The notes below the pieces were generated by a model. The model saw only the letters and a program-made list of their open reading frames with translations. It was not told where the DNA came from and did no database searches. This document shows positions 56,968 to 64,000 of a stretch of 64,000 nucleotides of DNA, in pieces (positions within the stretch are counted from its first letter, which is position 1; every line of letters begins with the position of its first letter). Position numbers and translations under genes: made by a program. Source of the DNA: Bdellovibrionota bacterium (lineage in GTDB: Bacteria > Bdellovibrionota_C > UBA2361 > JBGSMV01); contig JBGSMV010000015.1 in the NCBI GenBank assembly GCA_041739995.1, positions 1 through 64,000 of the forward strand. The letters run 5' to 3'.

Positions 56968-59886
56968 CTAAATCGGAGAATCAAGCTCTTCGCCCCCGTC
57001 AGCAGGCACCTCTCCATCATCAGTTACCTCGGGAAGTGGCTCAAGAAAGGTGGTTCCCGAATGTCGCTTTGAAGTCCGGTTCCCTGTGGAAGGTCCTCCC
57101 CCGTCTGAAGCCCTTGACGGGAGACTCCGCAGCACCTCTGCGGATTTCAATTTGCCAAGAATCTGAGTGCGAAGACGAACGTCATCTTCACTGCGAACCG
57201 CTTCCTCCAGAAGCGCACGCTCTTCTGAAATTGCTGCGTCCATACGGGAATATGCCATCGCTCGTGCAAGTTTCTCACGATGAAAAACGAGCGCCCGCAA
57301 CTGGGCAATCGACGCATCCCAATTTCTTGTCGAAAGATATCGTGTCGCTTCGATGTTGAATGGATCAGGCCCCGACGCAGGAGACTCTATCGCACGACGC
57401 GAAGTGAGCAAAACCAAGACGCTTTGCGGATCGGGGTTCGTGCGAAACCAGGTGGAAAGAAAGGATCCGACGCTAGGATTCTGCGGCTCACGTTGTCCCA
57501 ATATTAGTGCACTTACCAAAAGAACTATCTGAGGCCGCGTCAGGCGATGCTCGTCACCCGCAATAAACTGCAACGTTTCATCTACCTGCGGCGCATCAAA
57601 ATTTTTCACCAGGGCAGCCACCGCTGATTTTCTTACTCGAGCAGAGGGAAAAGAAAGAAGATCTGCCAAGCGCTCATCAGCGAGCGTGTCATTCGGGAAA
57701 ATTCCGAGTGCAAGCGCCACCTGAGTAGCCTCCGGCATACTTGCCCAATGCCCTGCCGGGTCACTACGAAACCATTCACTTCTCCTCGTAAATATATCGT
57801 CGCGCTCACGCATTCGTACCGAGAGTTGTCTCGCAACGTCTGGATAAAGTTCGGCGAAGGGGGCCACTACTAGCGCGTGGGCAAGAAACTCGTCGGGCGG
57901 ATTCTTAGACCCAACGAACTTAGTCACCGCATCGTCTCCAAGATTGCCCACCACGATGTGTGCCAGAGCTCGCGCCCGCAGGTCCCCCATCGACTTCACT
58001 CCAAGCTTCTCGAGCTCAATAAACGGGGGCCCATAGGGAGGCGGCAAGTTTGCGAGCGAAGAAACGGGGATGTCATCGAACTGACCTTCGGAAAGGGTGA
58101 AATCGAGATCTCCTATCGCTGCAAGCTGCACCCCTGGATGGATATCACGAAGCGGTACTCCCTTTGGTGACGGGGTACGCATCAGAGATGCGAGCGAGAA
58201 AATGAGCGCCTGCTTTCTGTCGTCCGAGTTAAGCTCCTCGGCCCAGAGTGAATTGAACGCGACTCTAAGGAGGCCTAAGCGCACCCCGGGTCGCCGCGTG
58301 CCCGTGGCCACATCCTCCATTATGACGTCCTGAGCCGCTGAATCGTCATCATAGAGGGCCGCATGAACGACCTCAAAGCGCTCGTCCACTTCGGCACTCT
58401 CCCAGGCATGCTGGTATTGAAGCACTCGCTCGCTGTAAGGAGTGTAGAACGACCAAATGGCAACTCCAAGCAGCGTCCCCACCAGTAACGCGACGATACT
58501 ACCGCGAACACGCCGGGACACCGGGGCTATGTGCGCTATTAAACGCGAGAAATTCTTAGCTTGCTTTAAGGTCTCACCCGTCGCTACCGATTGCGCTGGC
58601 GAAACATTTTCACTCTTTTGAAGCTCCGCGCTTTGCAGCGCGGATATACTCGACGCTCCACTCTGAGATCGAGAAGAAGGATTCTGAGTGCCCCGATCGG
58701 CCACGGAGGATCGCGCTGACACCTCTCCTTCTCGACCAAGCAGCTTACCGGATCTGATGTTGTGCTGCCGTTCTGTAGCAATCTCGCGTCTCGCACCTGC
58801 CCGAGGCTCTCTAGCAGACGGCGTAACGCGAACTCGTTCAGCGGGAATGAACCGTTCCCTAACCACTCGCATGTCGGGCCGACGTTCTGGGTCGGGATGA
58901 CACATGCTATCGAGAAATACACGATGCTCAGAACTTAAACTCTCGGAAAGAAGGCGTCGCAGTACCTTACCAAGCCCGAACACATCAGTCGCTACGGTCG
59001 GAACCGGACTTCGCGCCAACTCTGGTGCCGCAAAACCAGAGAACTGCAGATGTTTAGCGTCCAGTACATAGAAACCATAGTCGATCAGGATAGGATGTTC
59101 GTCGATCACTGCTATGTTTTGAGGGCAGATATGTCCATGAATCAATCCCTCCGATTGCAGTGTGGTAATAAGCGTGATGAGTCTCTGGGCGAAAAGTACG
59201 TTCTGAAATTTCTCTTCGGAAGCTCTGCCTCCCACATCAAGATCGGAGAGTACGCTTTCAAAATATGGTCGTCGAATCCATAACTGTCCCCTCGCCATCC
59301 CGCAGGAAAACACTCCCTGAGAGAGTGCCTCATGCACGCTATCTGAGCTTAAACCCCGTTCAATAGCGCCCAACAGTTGTTCAAGAAATCCTTTCCGTTG
59401 AGGATCGAGATAGGCTTCGGGATGCGATAGCCGAACTAAATGCAAAGAGCGCGCACCACCGTCTCGTGACACTGCGGTATCAAGCAACAGCGGGCGAACG
59501 TCCCAGGCAGGCTGACTCCCCCGCAGGGCGCCGACCACGACTCCTGAGGTCTGGCTGGTCTGAGAAAGAGAACCATCAGAATCTTGTGCCGCGTGCAGCG
59601 CTCGATCGAGCATAGTTCGCTCTTCCGTGCTGAGCCGCTCGATATTGGTAATAACATCGGATGCTCGGGAAGACCCCGCACCATGCGCGGCATGTCCAAG
59701 AAACTCCTCTATCTCATCACTTGCAATATCGGCGCTTATGTTCTGCTTAGTTGGGCTGAGATCTGACCGAGTAAGATCTGATAGCCTGGAATCAGAAGAG
59801 TCAGGCTGCCCGTCAATACCTTTTTGGTCCCGACCTCCTGAAGACGCAGCATCGCCTCCACGCTCATCATCCGAACCTGTACTCAT
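56968..59886 (-). CDS. Membrane-anchored Ser/Thr kinase-like protein (pseudokinase) with large helical extracytoplasmic domain
   Basis: IHGHICPQNI, LIDYG, FAAPE, TDVFGLG, PDPERRP; one TM; HEAT-like C-terminal region. Confidence 0.75.
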   Translation of the reverse strand: MSTGSDDERGGDAASSGGRDQKGIDGQPDSSDSRLSDLTRSDLSPTKQNISADIASDEIEEFLGHAAHGAGSSRASDVITNIERLSTEERTMLDRALHAAQDSDGSLSQTSQTSGVVVGALRGSQPAWDVRPLLLDTAVSRDGGARSLHLVRLSHPEAYLDPQRKGFLEQLLGAIERGLSSDSVHEALSQGVFSCGMARGQLWIRRPYFESVLSDLDVGGRASEEKFQNVLFAQRLITLITTLQSEGLIHGHICPQNIAVIDEHPILIDYGFYVLDAKHLQFSGFAAPELARSPVPTVATDVFGLGKVLRRLLSESLSSEHRVFLDSMCHPDPERRPDMRVVRERFIPAERVRVTPSAREPRAGARREIATERQHNIRSGKLLGREGEVSARSSVADRGTQNPSSRSQSGASSISALQSAELQKSENVSPAQSVATGETLKQAKNFSRLIAHIAPVSRRVRGSIVALLVGTLLGVAIWSFYTPYSERVLQYQHAWESAEVDERFEVVHAALYDDDSAAQDVIMEDVATGTRRPGVRLGLLRVAFNSLWAEELNSDDRKQALIFSLASLMRTPSPKGVPLRDIHPGVQLAAIGDLDFTLSEGQFDDIPVSSLANLPPPYGPPFIELEKLGVKSMGDLRARALAHIVVGNLGDDAVTKFVGSKNPPDEFLAHALVVAPFAELYPDVARQLSVRMRERDDIFTRRSEWFRSDPAGHWASMPEATQVALALGIFPNDTLADERLADLLSFPSARVRKSAVAALVKNFDAPQVDETLQFIAGDEHRLTRPQIVLLVSALILGQREPQNPSVGSFLSTWFRTNPDPQSVLVLLTSRRAIESPASGPDPFNIEATRYLSTRNWDASIAQLRALVFHREKLARAMAYSRMDAAISEERALLEEAVRSEDDVRLRTQILGKLKSAEVLRSLPSRASDGGGPSTGNRTSKRHSGTTFLEPLPEVTDDGEVPADGGEELDSPI

Positions 59887-59954
59887 GCATAACCCTTACC
59901 ATGACGGCCATCGCCCGGAGCACTGGTGTCACTCCAATGAAATCGCCTCACCAC

Positions 59955-61118
59955 TCAACCTACAATGACTGAGTCGTCACCAGAAACCACTTTGCGCTCA
60001 GCAACGAGCGCATCCAACTCGAGCTTAAGCCGAGGAAGAATCTCATCGTATCCGAAGGCCCCAAGAAGCTCTCCGCGTCGCTTCATGTTCACATGCTTTG
60101 GGGCACACCAAAGCCCAAGATCAGCGTCATCGCTCTCACCCGGGCCATTCACGCGACAACCCATCACCGCAATGGTGAGATTCTCATTGGCTGCGTAGCG
60201 CGTGAGCTCTCGCACCTTTTCGGCTAGTTCAACGAACTGAAGATTCTCCACCCGCGAGCAAGATGGACAGGAGATAATGTTAAGTCCGGCCTGAATAAAG
60301 CGTGGCACAGAGCGGAACCTTCCGGCATTCACGTCTGCAACAATCTGCTTCCCGATCAAAATCTCTTCATATTTTCGGTCAAAGGGCAGCGTCAAGGAAA
60401 CGCGAATGGTGTCGCCGATGCCTTCGGCCAGTAAATTTTCAAAGGCAACCCGGGTCTTGATTTCGCCCATGGGCAACATGCCCGCTTCAGTCACACCCAG
60501 ATGCATCGGAATAAAGGGGAATTCCTCTGAAAAACGCCGATTGATATCAATCACATCGTTGGGATCTGAACTCTTCAGGCTTACCACGTAGTTGGAGAAG
60601 CCGAGTTCTTCCATAAACGTCACATGTTCGCGAGCAGAATTGAGGGCGGCTTCAAGCGGGTCGTGGTTTTCCCCTCGCTTCTCAGGGTCAAGCGAGCCAA
60701 AATTAATTCCGATCCTCAGCGCGCAATCATGCGCACGGGCGGCCGCCACAATGTGGGCCACTTTCTCACGAACCGGAACGTCTTTTTCGTGGTGATGAAG
60801 GTGTCCGGGATTATACCGAACGCCATCGACAATCTCGGCCACTTGCGCAATCAGGCGATAGCTCTCTTGCAAATCTACTACGAGCCGAGCAGTGCTCTTC
60901 TTTCGTAACTCACGCAGCGCCTCTACATCTTTCTTACTATCGACTGCAACGCGAACAATATCTGCTCCGTGATCGACAAGCGTAGAAATCTGGTTCAGGG
61001 TGGCCGGAATATCCTGGGTGTGGGTAGCACACATCGACTGCACCGAGATTGGTGCACCTGCCCCTATCACAAGATCTCGACAGCGTACTGCTCGAGTCGC
61101 CTTTCGAATAATCTTCAC
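59955..61118 (-). CDS. ispG: (E)-4-hydroxy-3-methylbut-2-enyl-diphosphate synthase
   Basis: [55 protein letters not shown]. Confidence 0.97.
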   Translation of the reverse strand: MKIIRKATRAVRCRDLVIGAGAPISVQSMCATHTQDIPATLNQISTLVDHGADIVRVAVDSKKDVEALRELRKKSTARLVVDLQESYRLIAQVAEIVDGVRYNPGHLHHHEKDVPVREKVAHIVAAARAHDCALRIGINFGSLDPEKRGENHDPLEAALNSAREHVTFMEELGFSNYVVSLKSSDPNDVIDINRRFSEEFPFIPMHLGVTEAGMLPMGEIKTRVAFENLLAEGIGDTIRVSLTLPFDRKYEEILIGKQIVADVNAGRFRSVPRFIQAGLNIISCPSCSRVENLQFVELAEKVRELTRYAANENLTIAVMGCRVNGPGESDDADLGLWCAPKHVNMKRRGELLGAFGYDEILPRLKLELDALVAERKVVSGDDSVIVG

Positions 61119-61431
61119 AAAATAATCTTCACCGCAGAAATTTCAGCGCTATAGCAGCCCGAATTCCGAACCAAACGTAATGAACTCACGCTCAAGCCGT
61201 TTACCGGGACGCCATTCTCCGCCCTAAGGAAACCACTCACGGGACAAAAATACCCATGTTGTTAAGTTGTTATGCCCTTAACTATACTACCGAGGTTTTA
61301 GAGGGCGTGCAAATGAGTGTGTGCCTGGATAGCCCGCCAAAGATGCCCTTTTTACGGGTAGCGTCCTATAAGCATGTGAGCCATCCGGCGTGCCCGTCTC
61401 TGATAAAACTACCCCAATTTAGAAAGGCAAC

Positions 61432-61902
61432 ATGGGACTCCGTAAAAACCACCTGCTATCAGCTGAGCCAGCTTTAGGACTTAGAATAGCCCCATTAACT
61501 TTGATTCTTACGCTTAGCCTGTTCGCGTTCTGGCCGAGCCTGTCACTCGCACAAGCGGGCGATACCTCTGAGGACCCAGTTCCGGCTTCATCATCTGGCA
61601 CCCCGATTTACCCAGTCTGGAAACTGCTCAGCTTTGAACAGAAGGCCAACTACTTGGCGGGTTATGTGCAGGGCTGGAAAGACGCGTCTCGAGTTACTGA
61701 CATCGCCATTGAATATGTGAAGCAGAACCCGGAGGAGGCGGTACGAGGATTAGAGCAGCTAAAGGGCCTATATGACCTCTCAGATGTCTCGCCAAGTCTT
61801 ATGGTGTCTAAAATTGACTCCTTCCTTGGCGAGCCATCAAATCGCTCCGCCCCGCTGTCGCTCGCCATAAGCACTGCAAGGAATAGCTCCCCCGAACAAT
61901 AA
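61432..61902 (+). CDS. Secreted hypothetical protein
   Basis: Signal peptide (SLA-Q); WKLLSFEQKANYLAGYVQG. Confidence 0.65.
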   Translation: MGLRKNHLLSAEPALGLRIAPLTLILTLSLFAFWPSLSLAQAGDTSEDPVPASSSGTPIYPVWKLLSFEQKANYLAGYVQGWKDASRVTDIAIEYVKQNPEEAVRGLEQLKGLYDLSDVSPSLMVSKIDSFLGEPSNRSAPLSLAISTARNSSPEQ

Positions 61903-62193
61903 GGGATGGAACACTTCTCAAAGAGTCGGCCGACTGAATCTATGCGCGCAGTTACCCCTCTATTTAACTTCACCTGCTCCTTTTCGGATAAAACTCACGT
62001 GGTTTATCCAGCCTCTAGTATGTTAGCCTCGTCCTTGTCTTTCGCGAGACCCCGGGCCTAGGCCATGATGACATCCATGGATAGCATTCGAAGTCCCCGA
62101 AGCCTCGCAGGAAGGTTGTTGTGTTCGGCAGTTGTATTTAGCAGTGGTGAGAAATCACTGGCCGAAGGGTTAAGCCGCTAAGGAATCATATTC

Positions 62194-62733
62194 ATGACAT
62201 CGATGGACGACATCAACGAGTTATTCGAGCGCGTAACGGAAAAATATGAGGTCCCTGTACCGATCGGCGGTCGCTGCGAAAGCAGCGTCTATTATCGAGT
62301 AGAGTATTTAACAGAGCACGATCTTAACATGTGCGCCGAATATGTTGCGCGACGCATTAGAAACCTTCTGTCGCCTCAACACCCTCATGTATTTCTTAAG
62401 CTAAGTGGAGGATACACGTTCTTTGCGGAACGCTTAAGCGCCATGTACTCAGAGCTCTTTCCTGATGCCGGAGAGATTCCGCTTGAGCCCTACGTCGAAA
62501 GCAAACTGTCTAATGGTCATGGTGAGAAATATCGAGGTAAGAACGCCATCCTCGTCACCGACGTAATTACCACGGCAAGATCGAGCTTAGAGGCGCACAC
62601 AAAGGCGACACTCCGCGGCATCCGAGTGCTGTGCTGGGCAACCTTAATTGATCGTACCTTTGGTCCTGGACCGGTCCCGGTCGTCTCGGCATTCACCGGC
62701 GCGCCGGTTCGTGTTTTGACCCAGGTAGGATAG
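62194..62733 (+). CDS. Degenerate orotate-phosphoribosyltransferase-like protein
   Basis: SSVYY, AILVTDVITTARS, LIDR; SD AAGGA. Confidence 0.65.
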   Translation: MTSMDDINELFERVTEKYEVPVPIGGRCESSVYYRVEYLTEHDLNMCAEYVARRIRNLLSPQHPHVFLKLSGGYTFFAERLSAMYSELFPDAGEIPLEPYVESKLSNGHGEKYRGKNAILVTDVITTARSSLEAHTKATLRGIRVLCWATLIDRTFGPGPVPVVSAFTGAPVRVLTQVG

Positions 62734-62866
62734 GGAATTTCTGAATATCCCGTGTTTCTATCTTCGCGCGCTTTATGATCTTTGTTGTTCAATCAAATGT
62801 AGGCCAATTTCTAGAGTTTGTTTGAACCACTAAGACCACCAAGATTTAGTTTTTCAGAGCTCCCTT
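62731..62866. mobile_element. MITE-like element, copy 2
   Basis: Shares CGTGTTTCTATCTTCG, CCAATTTCTAGAGTTTGTTTG and AAGATTTAGTTTTTCAGAG with 8941-9068; imperfect terminal IR. Confidence 0.65.
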
Positions 62867-62981
62867 CGGTAGACACGTCGTCTTGCGGCCCCTCACAATC
62901 GGACCATGCTCACGACAGCGGCCCCTGCTCACGACAGGGCTCACGATCGAAGCTCGCTTCGAACATCGACAGCCAGCCAAC

Positions 62982-63542
62982 TCAAAGGCCAAACTGACTC
63001 TCTCTAGGCTCCGAATCCGCTGAGCTCATCATAAGCTCACGTTCAAGAACTTCAGCACAATCTTCTAGAAGCCAGCTTAGAAGCCTTCCGTCCTCGCTAG
63101 TCTCTCCGATAATTGCGCCCGCTGCTCGCAAATGCGCTTGCGCTCGCACTCTTCTATCCTCGAGACCAGCCATCATGCCGATCGCCTCGCTCCCAGGAAT
63201 ATGCACTGGTTCTTGAAGGGCGTCTCTGCAGTCTGCAAGCCCGCTCAGTATTTCTTCCTTCGAATTCTCACTCCCCATACCACGCGACCTAGAAAGAAGC
63301 GCGTCTCTGCTTGACTCAGAACGCACCAGCGTCAGCTTGGGCAAGGGCCCCGGCATACGGCCCGATGCTTTTCCGCTACTTGTATGCACTAGGAGGCTTT
63401 CCGTCTGCGCATCTTGAGCGCTCTGAAATTCGCTCTGAAATTCGAGAGTACTGCGGCCCTTTGCATCGGAACCGCGCACCAGAGAAAGCAACGGCTTTGC
63501 CCTAACAATTACTCCCTTCACTGCTGAATTCCGGGTGGACAT
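62982..63542 (-). CDS. Hypothetical protein (start uncertain; the ORF is open to 63887 through the repeat)
   Basis: Helical C-terminal region; GGAG near ATG 63542. Confidence 0.45.
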   Translation of the reverse strand: MSTRNSAVKGVIVRAKPLLSLVRGSDAKGRSTLEFQSEFQSAQDAQTESLLVHTSSGKASGRMPGPLPKLTLVRSESSRDALLSRSRGMGSENSKEEILSGLADCRDALQEPVHIPGSEAIGMMAGLEDRRVRAQAHLRAAGAIIGETSEDGRLLSWLLEDCAEVLERELMMSSADSEPRESQFGL

Positions 63543-63684
63543 GCTCTCCGCTGCTTTCTTTGCCAAGAAAAGACTTCTCGTGATTCTGCGACCGTGTGGT
63601 GGGATAAAGTTCTCTCTCATCGAAGGACTCCCTGAATCAGGAACTAACCGCATCACTCGCTTTAAGTGCCACCGTGTCCACTGA

Positions 63685-63860
63685 GCCCCTGCAAGACAAC
63701 ACGGGGCACCCGCAAAACAACACGGGGCACCCGCAAAACAACACTGAGCACCTGCTAGACAACACGGGGCGCCTGCAAGACAACACAGAGCTGCAAGACA
63801 ACACGGGGCACCCGCGAGACAACACAGGGCGCCCGCGAGACAACACGGAGTGCCCGCGGC
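63685..63860. repeat. 8 x about 21-bp tandem repeat (GACAACACGGGGCACCCGCAA)
   Basis: Eight ACAACAC cores at 21-bp spacing, with one 18-bp unit. Confidence 0.92.
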
Positions 63861-64000
63861 CCAATAAGCAGAAAAGTTATCAAGCAAGCTGAAGTATCAC
63901 CGCAGAACCCTGCCCGACAACGGAGGCTAGGTTTAACTTAATTGAAGTAAGAGAATCAAGAGCAACATGCGTGTCGCTTGGAAATTTTGTAAGCGTTCTC

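Noticed and set aside
63685..63860. CRISPR array
   Set aside because: Units are head-to-tail without unique spacers, and no cas genes are present.

Overview
Bacterial chromosomal window with no rRNA, tRNA, CRISPR array, integrase or intact transposase that I could see. The gene content (flagellin-like gene, Cys-rich secreted protein, ole cluster) suggests an uncultured Gram-negative, possibly Bdellovibrionota/deltaproteobacterial-like lineage; this is inference only. Housekeeping genes (ffh, hpt, tag, hflKC, ispG) are interleaved with a glycan export locus (wzm/wzt, two GT4 enzymes, a GT-C enzyme) and an olefin biosynthesis cluster (oleA, fused oleBC, oleD). The main feature is a type IV secretion locus at about 29.2-42.7 kb. 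It has an F-type core (TraL/E/K/B/V/C-like), a DotD/secretin-N0-like lipoprotein, a second TraV-like lipoprotein, and a divergent coupling ATPase with a large membrane partner. A stand-alone VirB2/TrbC-like pilin lies about 7 kb further on. The window shows no relaxase, no TraW/U/N/F/H/G and no integrase, so this may be a domesticated hybrid protein-secretion system. Other oddities: a tandem single-chain CsrA-like protein, a sigma28-driven flagellin homologue lacking the canonical N-terminus, a Cys-rich secreted gene with a stop codon at its signal-peptidase site, two copies of a MITE-like element, three catalytically degenerate signalling proteins, and many short tandem duplications. All family assignments were made by eye from motifs, with no database searches.
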